Shown here one piece after another: positions 11,147 through 20,879 of a stretch of 64,000 bases of DNA. The DNA lies in the NCBI GenBank assembly GCA_965208675.1, contig OZ242351.1, forward strand, positions 2,272,001 to 2,336,000, read 5' to 3'. The notes beneath the pieces were generated by a model. The model was not told where the DNA came from and did no database searches. It saw nothing but the letters and a program-made list of their open reading frames with translations. The DNA is from Candidatus Poribacteria bacterium. Lineage in GTDB: Bacteria; Poribacteria; WGA-4E; PCPOR2b. Both the position numbers and the translations under genes were made by a program. Numbering within the stretch: position 1 is the first letter of the stretch; every line of letters starts with the position of its first letter.

Positions 11147-11437
11147 GTTCGTATCCTTTAGTAACAGAAACTACAGCGCTTTTTGCAGCCTTTTCGCTTG
11201 GGAATTATTTCAAACGTTGCTATAATGCAACAGTTTGGATAATCGAGGTATTCTAAGATTTTTTCCGCTCAGCAATCTGTCAGGGGTTTCAAAGGGAAGT
11301 CTTTCCATCCGATCTACTGCCTAATCGCTATTTTAACCGAATTGGCTATATAATGCAACCCACAAAACTCCGCTCATTTCCGAGCATTCAATGCCGATTT
11401 GCAAAAGAGTTTGGACTATATACGGGTAGAACTATAG

Positions 11438-11770
11438 TTGAAGAACGAACCTAAAAAAGCCATACTGGATAACTTCTTTTCCGAGAGTGATGATGTCCGC
11501 GCGGGGCAAATGTTTGGCTATCCGGCATATTACGTCGGGCGTTCGATGTTCGCTTGCCTCTACGAGGGGAAGATTGGTTTAAAGCTACCGGAAACGATGG
11601 CGAATGAGGCGAGAGAGAAGCGCGAAAACTCCTATTTTCAGCCTTATGGAAAACCTAAAATGCGGGAATGGATCCAGTTTGATTTCGACTCGGAAGGAGA
11701 CCTAGACCGGCAAAAACCTCTCCTAGATGCCGCCATTGCGTATGCGCAAACGAGAAGCAGTAAAAAATGA
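11438..11770 (+). CDS. TfoX N-terminal/Sxy-like protein
   Basis: GQMFGYPAYYV..MFA, FQPYGKPKMREW. Confidence 0.75.
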   Translation: MKNEPKKAILDNFFSESDDVRAGQMFGYPAYYVGRSMFACLYEGKIGLKLPETMANEAREKRENSYFQPYGKPKMREWIQFDFDSEGDLDRQKPLLDAAIAYAQTRSSKK

Positions 11771-11843
11771 ATGGCTATTACGGGGAGATTTCGGCTGGAA
11801 GTCATTGCTGCGTTAGAGATTGCACCGCTATGCCGCGACAAAG

Positions 11844-11875
11844 AAAAAGGGTCTGCCTAATGAATGGCAGACCCT
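11844..11875 (-). terminator. Intrinsic terminator for the P460-like gene
   Basis: 10-bp stem agggtctgcc/ggcagaccct with an A-run on its left (U-tail on the minus strand). Confidence 0.75.
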
Positions 11876-11906
11876 CTTCTCATCAACAGCATGCGAACAT
11901 ATAGAC

Positions 11907-12479
11907 TCAAGGGAGTTGGGTGAAGACGCTGTCTTTACCCGGCACAGCTTCATCATTTACCTTGCTGTGGCACGCGTGGCACCCTTCGCCTCTTTTTCCA
12001 TCTATGTCGCCAGCGACGCCGATGAACACGTCATCCGCTGAATCGCGCTGATACTGGATGTACTTCCAGTTATTGTGGTCGGCATACATCGCATCGTCCA
12101 CTTTCCACATGACGGCGACACGCCAGAGGTAGCTGTTGGCGTCATCCATGATTTCCTTGACAATCGTGGTTCCGCTATGAAAGGTTTGCTCACTCGCATC
12201 TTCCAAGGTTTCGACGCCCGTCGCGTTTATATAGACGGTTCGGGTACCCGCCCCGTGTGCGCTGCCGCTCTCTTGCGGCACTTCAAATTTCGCGGGCGGC
12301 GCGCCGAGCTCAACGCTTCTCCAAGACTCGTACCCCGCAATATCTGACGGCAGGCCTGCTGCCAGCATTTGTTCGGACTCATCGTCCATTTCGGGCTCAT
12401 CGTCTTCTGAATCGCCGCAAGCCACGAATACAACACATCCAATCAAAATCGCAATCAGTACATTATGTCGATTTAACAT
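11907..12479 (-). CDS. Cytochrome P460-family lipoprotein
   Basis: Lipobox-like FVAC, YESW, H...RTVYIN, GTTIVKE, AVMWK, W.Y, C-terminal CHACH, DSVFT. Confidence 0.8.
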   Translation of the reverse strand: MLNRHNVLIAILIGCVVFVACGDSEDDEPEMDDESEQMLAAGLPSDIAGYESWRSVELGAPPAKFEVPQESGSAHGAGTRTVYINATGVETLEDASEQTFHSGTTIVKEIMDDANSYLWRVAVMWKVDDAMYADHNNWKYIQYQRDSADDVFIGVAGDIDGKRGEGCHACHSKVNDEAVPGKDSVFTQLP

Positions 12480-12809
12480 CGCGAATCCTCCTTCCTGTTT
12501 ATTTTGATAAAGACCTCACTGTTGTCAATCTGCGCAAATTGGTTGAACCTGAACTCTATAACAGTTGTCAACCATCGTAGATTCTGTAGCGCAGAACCAA
12601 GCCATTTTGAATTTAGATTCATAATCAATTGATTGGGGCTTGGCAATTTCCTGACAAACGGCGCATAGTATACACTATGCGTTTTTTGAAATCAACCGAA
12701 AATCCATTCACTTTATTCAATGGTTTGCCCAACCGTATGTCCCGAAAGAACGCCTGAGCTTGCCCCGCAGTTCCACAATCCCGGAGTTCCCGCATCGGCA
12801 CCGATACGC

Positions 12810-12839
12810 TTGACGAAACCCCATACGTGAGACTATAAT
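12810..12839 (+). promoter_or_regulatory. Putative sigma70 promoter
   Basis: TTGACG-18 nt-TATAAT upstream of the RDD gene. Confidence 0.6.
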
Positions 12840-12942
12840 TATTCGTAGAATTTTGAGTTGGTGATTCCGCCCGATGTTAGAAGTACCTTAAATAGAAATT
12901 TGCCAATGAATTCGGTTCCGCTAACGAATTAGGAGGTGCCGT

Positions 12943-13374
12943 GTGCGCATTATCGAAGTGCAAGGAAGTCGTTATCAACTCGCTTCTTTAATGGAAAGAT
13001 GGGTCGGTCAATTATTAGATGGATTGATATATATGGCAATTGTCTTAGGAAGCTTGCTGATAAATTCCACGATTGGGTTAGCTATTGGCTTAGTTGCAGC
13101 CATTCTATACCTGCTTTTTCAGGATGGATTATCGAATGGTCAAAGCTGGGGTAAGAAAATAGTGAAGACGAAGGTGGTTCACTCATTTACAGCTACCCCT
13201 TGTACGTTTGGACAGTCCTTCATCAGGAATTTACTGCTTACTATGCTCAGTTGGATCGATTGGGTGTTCATTTTTGGTTGGAAAAGACAGCGTCTCGGTG
13301 ACAAAGCAGCACGCACACTCGTTGTTAAGGAAATTGGTTTGCTTGAAGTTCTGAAAGAACTTAACAATCCATGA
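12943..13374 (+). CDS. RDD family membrane protein
   Basis: LASLMERW...LLD, GQSWGKKI, RN, RQRLGD.AA.T.VV; AGGAGG RBS. Confidence 0.9.
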   Translation: MRIIEVQGSRYQLASLMERWVGQLLDGLIYMAIVLGSLLINSTIGLAIGLVAAILYLLFQDGLSNGQSWGKKIVKTKVVHSFTATPCTFGQSFIRNLLLTMLSWIDWVFIFGWKRQRLGDKAARTLVVKEIGLLEVLKELNNP

Positions 13375-13406
13375 TGCCATGAAAATGACCCAAATTCGTA
13401 GTTTTT

Positions 13407-13756
13407 GAATGTTGGGTTGAGCGATCAACCGACTGAATAAGGAGGGCGATAGTCTTCGCCTTCCAAACAGATGACAATAGAGATTCTACCCTTCAACATT
13501 GCCGGCAAATTGTCACATCACTTGCGAGCATTGATTCTGTTTGTACGTTGTTTGACTGTAACGTAACCCAACGATCAACTGAGCGAATAGCGAAGGCGAT
13601 AGTCTTCCCCGCACAGCACCACCGATAAATTGAACACATCGCAATCAACAAAAAACGTTGTGTTTAGCTGTACCCACCTATTCTCGAACGCGGTTAACCT
13701 GACGAACGCTTCGTTATTATGAATATCATTCGGGAAATCCGCTCAACCCAATCTAC
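13407..13756. repeat. Modular expanded-loop REP/REPIN-like element, copy A
   Basis: gaatGTTGGGTTGAGCG ... CGTAACCCAAC ... GTTGTGTTTAG ... CGCTCAACCCAATCTAC; left part aligns with copy B, middle and right with copy D. Confidence 0.85.
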
Positions 13757-13926
13757 AATGCTTCTCAATGCGAATCTGCGCCTAGACCCTCTCGCGCGCT
13801 TTCGTTCCATTGCAAAAAAAAATCATCATGCCTGCGATATTTCATCTCCCAAGCGCGTCATTATAAATAGAAGGCGATTGAATTGACAACCGCCAACAAC
13901 ACATTCACTGGCATCGGGAGTGAAAA

Positions 13927-16686
13927 ATGGCGCTCAGCGAAATTGAATTAATTCAACGCACACTGGAAGGCGACGAGTCAGCGTACGGTTTTTTGGTCGA
14001 TAAATACAAAGCAGCCGTCCACGCGCTGGCTTACCGCAAACTTGGGGATTTCCACCATGCTGAAGAGATTACCCAAGATACCTTCCTCAAAGCGTATCAG
14101 AAACTATCGACACTCCGCGACCCGCATCGGTTTTCCGGCTGGCTTTACGTCATCGCCGCCCGGCTCTGTTTGTCATGGCGTCGAAAAGAAAGGTCACATA
14201 CACACGCTATCGACAACGTTGAGACAGCCGAGATGAATTCAATGGCTGTGGCGAAGCACGCCGACCAAAAGATTCGTGACGATGTACGCGATACGCTTGA
14301 AAATCTACCCGAAAGCGAGCGAACAGTGTTGACGCTCCACTATTTTGCAGGCATGACCTGCGAAGAAATCGGGCGTTTCATGGGGACATCGCGCAGCGCC
14401 ATTCTTAATCGACTTTATCGCGCCCGACGTCATTTAAAAGAGGAGATGACAGAAATGATACAGCAGACGTCAGGAGCATTTCAACTGCCATACACTGTGA
14501 CGCAACAGATCATAGGCAGAATCCGCGAACTTCAACCGGCTCCGCCGCCCTCCAGTAAACCCATTGTTCCGTGGATTGCTGTCGCGGCGCTCAGTTTAGT
14601 GGTTCTGTTCGTCGGGTTGGCACCACGACAGATGACCCATTTTCAGCATCCATATAGCCTTAACGCGCTAGAACCCGCGACGCTGGTCGACGTAATTGAT
14701 GCGCCGATAATTGACCTGCCCGTGACCAAACCGGCTCTTGTGAATCGACTGGGTACACCGAATGCGGAAAACACCCATGACGGCAACGGCGCATCCGATA
14801 ACGTTTTGGCGGCTGCAAAGGATCCCCAGAACGGCGAATGGATGCAGCTCGGCTGGACGCAAACCAATGGTCCCTACGGGGGTGAAATTCGCGCATTCCA
14901 TGCCACGCCGGAAGACGTAATCTTCACCGGAACGGCGGGGGCAGGTATTTTCCGCTCAGCCGATGGCGGCGATTTTTGGACGCCGGTCAATACAGGGTTG
15001 TCATACGACAGGGGAGAGGGTTTTATGCCTGTCAATGCCTTTGTACATAAAGACAACTCGCTCTACGCTGGCACGAGTGACGGTTTGTACGTTTCAACCA
15101 ACCGCGGAGAATCATGGCGCAGAATGACGCATGATCGTAAGTATTCTGGTGTCAATGGCGTGCTCTTTATCAACAATCGCCTCTACATTAGCACATTCGA
15201 AGACGGTGTTTGGTATACAGATGATAACGGGGATTCGTGGATACCGATTAACGATGGATTGGAAAACCTGGGTATTCGTGAATTTGCCGCGATGGGGACC
15301 ACCCTATTCGCGGGCACTCAGGACGGGGCTTTTCGCAGAAGAGCAAGTGAGAACTCGTGGACACCAATCAATGCAGGCTTTACAGTGCAACCGATTAATA
15401 TCGATGCCATCAACAAATCGCTTATTGAGTCGGGAGCGAATCCGTTGCGAATGAGCCAATTCCCATCGGGATTGCGGGTAGATTCGTTGGCTGTCATGGG
15501 AGATGCGCTTTACATGGGATTATACATGGGCAAAGACAAAGGGCTGTTTCGTTCAGTGGACGAAGGAGACTCCTGGACGCGAATCACCGCAGAATCGATG
15601 ATACATACCGTCGAAGCGTTATCGGTGTCGGGAACGATTTTGTACGCGAGTACCTTTGGAGGTGGTGTATTCCGTTCAAGCGATGGCGGCAATTCTTGGA
15701 CAGAAGTAAACGATGGCTTAACAAACCAAACGGTCTCTGCGTTGTTAGCCGTAAGTGAGGAAACTGTTTTCGTCGGAACGGATAGTGGCGTTTTCCGCTC
15801 TACGGATAGCGGAGATTCTTGGATTGAAGTCAACGCTGGCATGACGAATACGTGGGTAGACAATCTCGCGGTCGTTGGCGAAACCGTTTACGCCGGATTC
15901 GGCGATCGATTTGGTCATTCAGTTGACGGCGGAAAGTTATGGACGCCCGTGAAGAATGGCGCGGCACCGGCACAATACCATTTTTCCGCACTATTGGTTT
16001 CGGGCGGAAAACTTTATGCTGCTGCGACTCGCTTCGCCGATACCGTCGAAGGTGGCATATATCAGTTAGATGCAGAGCGAAATTCGTTGATAGAACTCTA
16101 CGTGGACAGGAGATTGTCTACAATCGAGTCCTTGGAAATTGTCGGTACGACATTCTATGTCGGAACCCAGGGTGATGGTGTTTTTCGTTGGGAGAAAGAC
16201 TTGGATTCATGGACAAATCTCGGATTGCAGGGCCATGCCATCGCGGCGTTGTCGGTGAATGAAAGGATTGTTTTCGTTGGAACTGGGCAGGGAGAGATTT
16301 TTCGCTTGAAAGACACTGAAAAATCATGGGAATTAACCAATGAAGACATGAATAGTGATGCTATAACAGAGCTCAAGTGGATTGGAACGACACTCTACGC
16401 CGCCACTTGGGATGTGGGCGTCTTCCGTTCCGATGACGGCGGCGATTCGTGGATACCAGTTAATGTTGGATTAGCTAATACATCGGTTATGACAATACAT
16501 GCTGACGGATCGACACTTTTTGCAGGAACATATTACAACGGTGTTTTTCGGTTGGCGCGTGAAAAAAATCTGTGGGAGCCGATCGGTTCACTCGCCCACC
16601 GGGTTGATTCGTTGGCGGTCCTTGATGGCGTCCTTTACGCAGGCACAACCGGGCGAGGCGTGTTCCGCATCCCGCTTGAGAAGTAG
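13927..16686 (+). CDS. ECF sigma factor fused through a TM helix to a BNR/Asp-box beta-propeller
   Basis: AEEITQDTFLKAY, FSGWLY.IA, LPESER..LTLHY..G...EIG, RLYRAR; hydrophobic PWIAVAALSLVVLFVGL; many GVFRS.D.G.SW repeats. Confidence 0.9.
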   Translation: MALSEIELIQRTLEGDESAYGFLVDKYKAAVHALAYRKLGDFHHAEEITQDTFLKAYQKLSTLRDPHRFSGWLYVIAARLCLSWRRKERSHTHAIDNVETAEMNSMAVAKHADQKIRDDVRDTLENLPESERTVLTLHYFAGMTCEEIGRFMGTSRSAILNRLYRARRHLKEEMTEMIQQTSGAFQLPYTVTQQIIGRIRELQPAPPPSSKPIVPWIAVAALSLVVLFVGLAPRQMTHFQHPYSLNALEPATLVDVIDAPIIDLPVTKPALVNRLGTPNAENTHDGNGASDNVLAAAKDPQNGEWMQLGWTQTNGPYGGEIRAFHATPEDVIFTGTAGAGIFRSADGGDFWTPVNTGLSYDRGEGFMPVNAFVHKDNSLYAGTSDGLYVSTNRGESWRRMTHDRKYSGVNGVLFINNRLYISTFEDGVWYTDDNGDSWIPINDGLENLGIREFAAMGTTLFAGTQDGAFRRRASENSWTPINAGFTVQPINIDAINKSLIESGANPLRMSQFPSGLRVDSLAVMGDALYMGLYMGKDKGLFRSVDEGDSWTRITAESMIHTVEALSVSGTILYASTFGGGVFRSSDGGNSWTEVNDGLTNQTVSALLAVSEETVFVGTDSGVFRSTDSGDSWIEVNAGMTNTWVDNLAVVGETVYAGFGDRFGHSVDGGKLWTPVKNGAAPAQYHFSALLVSGGKLYAAATRFADTVEGGIYQLDAERNSLIELYVDRRLSTIESLEIVGTTFYVGTQGDGVFRWEKDLDSWTNLGLQGHAIAALSVNERIVFVGTGQGEIFRLKDTEKSWELTNEDMNSDAITELKWIGTTLYAATWDVGVFRSDDGGDSWIPVNVGLANTSVMTIHADGSTLFAGTYYNGVFRLAREKNLWEPIGSLAHRVDSLAVLDGVLYAGTTGRGVFRIPLEK

Positions 16687-16691
16687 TTTTT

Positions 16692-17017
16692 GTTGGTTGG
16701 GTTAAGCGATCAACCGACTGAATCGGGAGGTGAAATAATCTCTGCCTTCCCAGCAAGTGACAATTAAACTTCTACCCTTCAACATCACGGGCAAATTGTT
16801 GCATCGCTTCCGAGCAATGATTCTATTTGTACGTTGTTTGACTGTAGCGTAACCCGACGCTTTTCGTGTCCCCCAAACCCTTCCGGTCGACTAATCACTT
16901 CGCAATCCACAAAAGGCGTTGGGTTACACTTCATCTATCAAATCTCGGAAGTGGTTAACATGCCGATCAATTCGCTATAACAAACATCATTCGTGTAATC
17001 CGCTCAACCCAACCTAC
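16692..17017. repeat. Modular expanded-loop REP/REPIN-like element, copy B
   Basis: gttgGTTGGGTTAAGCG ... CGTAACCCGAC ... GTTGGGTTAC ... CGCTCAACCCAACCTAC; direct-orientation homolog of copy A. Confidence 0.85.
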
Positions 17018-17295
17018 AATGACTTTGGATGTACACCCCCTGCGAATGATCTCGACCAAATGTTCGATCCAATACCAGATCCATAGCCATTTTTGCAGCC
17101 CCTCCCATTTTATTCGTCCCAAGCAAAAAATCACCCACCATTTCAGAGCAAATACGCCTTGAAATATGTTAAAATACTATTCACAGACATCTGGGCGAAA
17201 CGACTAAATCGCGGAGGCTTTCAAGCGAACACTGTCCTAGCCGAAATTTAATGCTAGTGATATGTTGCGGTGATTTTTAGAGGTGGCGGTGTAAA

Positions 17296-17402
17296 TTGTC
17301 TGAATCAGGATGCTCAGGATAGAAGGTTGTCAGGACAATAAACGGGAACGCATAGAATCAATCCTGTAAATCTTAAAATCCCGTAAATCCTGATTCAGAC
17401 AA
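17296..17402. mobile_element. 107-bp MITE-like element with perfect 16-bp terminal inverted repeats
   Basis: ttgtctgaatcaggat ... atcctgattcagacaa, with internal (c)agga and aatcc/aatct sub-repeats. Confidence 0.7.
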
Positions 17403-17660
17403 AATAAGTGAGATTTTGCGATAGCCAGTTGACAGTTGGGTATTCAAACGCACGCAACACCAAATTTTCACATTTTTCAATGACGTGCGCATGATATAAA
17501 AAACAAAGAAAAGAAAAACCAAATCCATCCCCGACGACAAAACCGATATTGAAACTCACTAAAGAACAGGAATGGGCAGCGAACCTCTACGTAGTAGGAC
17601 AAAGAATAGAAATCGCCAGCGTTCAAGCCAAACTACATTGCTTAGGGACGGACGGGAAAA

Positions 17661-17706
17661 GCAAAAAAAATGGGACGACGGGCATTTCGCCCGCCCTCCC
17701 CTTTTT
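17661..17706 (-). terminator. Intrinsic terminator (possibly bidirectional)
   Basis: GC stem gggacgacgggc/gcccgccctccc flanked by A8 on the left and T5 on the right. Confidence 0.8.
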
Positions 17707-17864
17707 AATCATTTTGTGTCGTAAGGACGTGATTTGATTTGTCGCCCTGACTTGACGCGTAATGTATTGTCTTGGGGTGTCGCCCTGACTCGATGCGTAC
17801 TGGTTTGTCTCGGTTGGTCGGTGAACCTTGTTTAATCCGACATTAGGATTAGGGCGACACAACA
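17663..17864 (-). ncRNA. Candidate ~200-nt non-coding RNA with two 38-nt repeats
   Basis: Bounded by a near-consensus promoter (17870-17898) and a U8 terminator; no credible ORF; 5' GUGUCGCCCU is complementary to both repeats. Confidence 0.55.
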
Positions 17865-17869
17865 CTACA

Positions 17870-17898
17870 ATGCTATCATGCCGTCGCGTTTTTGTCAA
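17870..17898 (-). promoter_or_regulatory. Putative sigma70 promoter with extended -10
   Basis: Minus strand TTGACA-17 nt-TAGCAT, with TG at the extended -10 position. Confidence 0.7.
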
Positions 17899-18002
17899 GG
17901 AAAAAACTGCCTTCATTCAAAAACGCAATTAGCTGACAGCGGAGTAAGTTGCTCTTTGCGCTAGGATATTGTACCGTCCTCGTACATTGAACATGCAAAA
18001 AA

Positions 18003-20231
18003 ATGGAGAGATATATGGACCAACTTGACCAATCCCAAAGGTTGTTTTGCGAAGCCCCTTCAACAAACATCAGGTTACTTGCACCGGCGGGATGCGGGAA
18101 GACACTTTGTCTACTTTTTCGTTGCAAACACCTCGCCGAACAAGCTAAACCACGTCGTTTGCGCTTCCTCCTTGTGACATTTACTCGTGCCGCTATGCAA
18201 GAATTAAGTAGCCGTCTTGATGAAGACAATCGGTTCGCACACTTGCAAAATTCTATTGAAATCACGACTCTGAACGCTTGGGGAAATCGCCGAATTAGGA
18301 ATGCTGTTTCCTACCCCAGGCTCCTCAATACAAAACGAGACTATCATTTTGCAATGCACAATCAACTTCGACCGGTCTGGCGAAATCATGAGGCTATCAG
18401 AAATGCGATTCAGAGCAGGAATCGACGGACAAGAAATATTGCTCCACGAATGTTGATGGACGTGATTGATGGATTTAAGTCCTTGGGATTCGACCACGTC
18501 ATACATGCAAATTTCAGCCAATTTTCCCAGCAATGGCGCCAACTTGAACTTCAAGGATTAGAATGGAGATTGAAAGAGTTGCTGGGTGAACTAGTCGATC
18601 TTGATATGCTTGATAGCGAGAATCACCACAGCATCAACTTAGTTCTTGCACTCGAAAGAAACGGGGTTGACGTCGGTCGTCTTGTCGATGACGGCGCAAT
18701 TGAAATTGAAATTTTAAACGGCGAGTCTGGCATTGATGCCTTGAGACGTGTAATCGAATCACAGAAACGTGAAGTTTACGATATATTTTACAAATTTTGG
18801 CTAGAAGCCACAGGACATTTACTTGATAGCGCCACGTTTACCCTTGAAGACCAAAAATACTACGTTTACAGGGAAGAGCGCAAGAGCGTAACAGAGGGAC
18901 GTTACCTTTCCGGCGCAGCAGGTTATGACCATGTTTTCGTCGATGAGTTCCAAGATATCAACCCGCTTGATCTAGCGCTAGTCAAAGCCATCGTTGAACG
19001 TAACCGCGCCACGTTGACTATCTCAGGAGACGACGACCAAGCAATATTTGAATGGCGAGGAGCAACGCCTTACTACATCCTAGATCCCGACAGGTTTTTT
19101 GGCTCTGCGTTTCAAACATATACACTCGGCGTAAATTATCGTTCTCCTAGAAACATCGTTGAACATGCCCAACGACTGATTTCCCACAACTCGCGGCGTG
19201 AGCATAAACAAGTTAACGCAGTTAGTTCTCTAGATGCGCGAATTGAGATTAGGGAAACCAGGGGACTCATTGAAGCGCTCGAGTACGTTGATACGATAGT
19301 TAATGAGGAAATTCAACAAGGTAGAAGCCCCAGTCGTGTAGCGATAATTGGGCGGAAACGAAGCCAAATCATCCCGTATCAAATGCATTTTGCGTCTAGA
19401 GATATGCGCTTTTGTGCGGCTGAGGATTTGCAAATTTTCTTGAGCGATACGTTTGGTAGCCTTCTTGACCTTTTAGAAATTAAATCTCGCTCCGATGTTG
19501 CACAGAGAGCGGGGCAGGTTTTAGATGACCTGTTGTTTTTGTGCAACCGCGTGAAAAAATACCCTATTAGAAACGTTGAAATACAAGGCTTAAGAACCTA
19601 TCTTCAACAATCTGATTTATCCACGGTCGTGTCTGCAACAAACACATTGATTGGGTACCGAGGGCGATTAATAAACGAAAATCGCGAAGGGCGTATGAGC
19701 ATCGCTATGGCGGATTCTATAAGAGCATTCAATAACGCTGAGACCGTATCAGATGCACTAATCGAACTAAGTGACAAGTTCGAGGGGCTACAACGTGATT
19801 TTGGTAAGGCTGAAAATGACATTTTTTACGTAGATCCCCCCTTCTTTCAGTTGGCTGAGTACGCGTCAAGCTATGGTGATGATTATGATTCCTTCATCGG
19901 CGACATTGAGAGGGCGAGGGAAACGCTAGTTTATATTCCTCCATTTGAACAGGAGGATCAAGAAAACTTATGGAATCACCCTCTTCACCTGATGACGGCA
20001 TTGCGCGCTAAGGGAAAAGAGTTTAACACAGTGATATTACTTGATGTGAACGATGGGATATGGCCAAATCGAAATGCAGACACTCCTGCGAAGCAAGAGG
20101 CTGAACGGCGTGTCTTCTATGTAGCGTTCACACGGGCTAGAAAACGTGTTGTAATGTTGGTGAATTCGCGCATGGGCAATCGAGAAGCTGCGCCATCACC
20201 CTATATTGAAGAACTTGGTTTTGAGCGATGA
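18003..20231 (+). CDS. Stand-alone UvrD/Rep-like SF1 helicase
   Basis: LDQSQ, APAGCGKT, VTFTRAA, VDEFQD, GDDDQAIFEWRGA, NYRS, AKGKEF, ERRVFYVAFTRA. Confidence 0.92.
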   Translation: MERYMDQLDQSQRLFCEAPSTNIRLLAPAGCGKTLCLLFRCKHLAEQAKPRRLRFLLVTFTRAAMQELSSRLDEDNRFAHLQNSIEITTLNAWGNRRIRNAVSYPRLLNTKRDYHFAMHNQLRPVWRNHEAIRNAIQSRNRRTRNIAPRMLMDVIDGFKSLGFDHVIHANFSQFSQQWRQLELQGLEWRLKELLGELVDLDMLDSENHHSINLVLALERNGVDVGRLVDDGAIEIEILNGESGIDALRRVIESQKREVYDIFYKFWLEATGHLLDSATFTLEDQKYYVYREERKSVTEGRYLSGAAGYDHVFVDEFQDINPLDLALVKAIVERNRATLTISGDDDQAIFEWRGATPYYILDPDRFFGSAFQTYTLGVNYRSPRNIVEHAQRLISHNSRREHKQVNAVSSLDARIEIRETRGLIEALEYVDTIVNEEIQQGRSPSRVAIIGRKRSQIIPYQMHFASRDMRFCAAEDLQIFLSDTFGSLLDLLEIKSRSDVAQRAGQVLDDLLFLCNRVKKYPIRNVEIQGLRTYLQQSDLSTVVSATNTLIGYRGRLINENREGRMSIAMADSIRAFNNAETVSDALIELSDKFEGLQRDFGKAENDIFYVDPPFFQLAEYASSYGDDYDSFIGDIERARETLVYIPPFEQEDQENLWNHPLHLMTALRAKGKEFNTVILLDVNDGIWPNRNADTPAKQEAERRVFYVAFTRARKRVVMLVNSRMGNREAAPSPYIEELGFER

Positions 20232-20354
20232 TTTTGGCACCACCTGCCCAATCAACGCAGTCTTGAGAAAGTCTACCTTCTCACCAAGGAGTTGCAGACT
20301 TTGGCAACAAATTGGGGATTTTGCACTGTTGATAATTGCATTGCGAAAGTTTTT

Positions 20355-20734
20355 GTAGGTTGGGTAGAGCGGATATGGCGAAAAATGCGTAGTATTTCGT
20401 ACGCGGTACATACGTTGAGATTGTTTCGTAAATGTAACGGTGGTGCGAAACCCAACGTTTTTGAAACGTTTCGATAGCCGAACGGCAGACGCCACCGCCA
20501 GAACGATTGGAATAATGAAAACAATGTGAGTGTTTGGAATTCGCAGCGGTGTGATGAATTCGGGATTTATAAGGGTTGACGGTAGTTTTTAATACTGAAG
20601 ACTATCGCCTTCGCTACTCGCTCAGTTGATCGTTGGGTTTCGCTCTGCGTGTATTGACAGCAGCACCATTAGAAAATCGGAACGGTTAATTGCTGCCTGA
20701 ACCGTTTCGGAATCATCCGTTCTACCCAACCCAC
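20355..20734. repeat. Modular expanded-loop REP/REPIN-like element, copy C
   Basis: GTAGGTTGGGTAGAGCG-74 nt-CGAAACCCAAC ... GTTGGGTTTCG-75 nt-CGTTCTACCCAACCCAC. Confidence 0.85.
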
Positions 20735-20879
20735 AGAAACTGAGAAATTTCGAGCATTGCCGAAGCGTGGAAGGTGAATGCCGCACTAGGAGTTTTCGGT
20801 CAGTATGGCGCATCCAAACCAACGCGCTTCTGAGTTTCAAAATCATCACAGTGTGTTGCTACCTACAAGGAGAATAAAA

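Noticed and set aside
11216-11359. Duplicated tataatgcaac motif upstream of polA and the TfoX-like gene
   Set aside because: Could be two -10 elements or an operator, but it is too short to call without comparative data.
17735-17810. CRISPR mini-array
   Set aside because: Only two units, differences are scattered rather than confined to a spacer, and there are no cas genes in the window.
18003-20231. Gabija system
   Set aside because: No adjacent OLD/TOPRIM nuclease (GajA).
20196-20849. Short ORFs over repeat copy C (also 21767..21952, 49842..50024, 51800..52069)
   Set aside because: They are translations of non-coding repeats with no RBS or domain signal.
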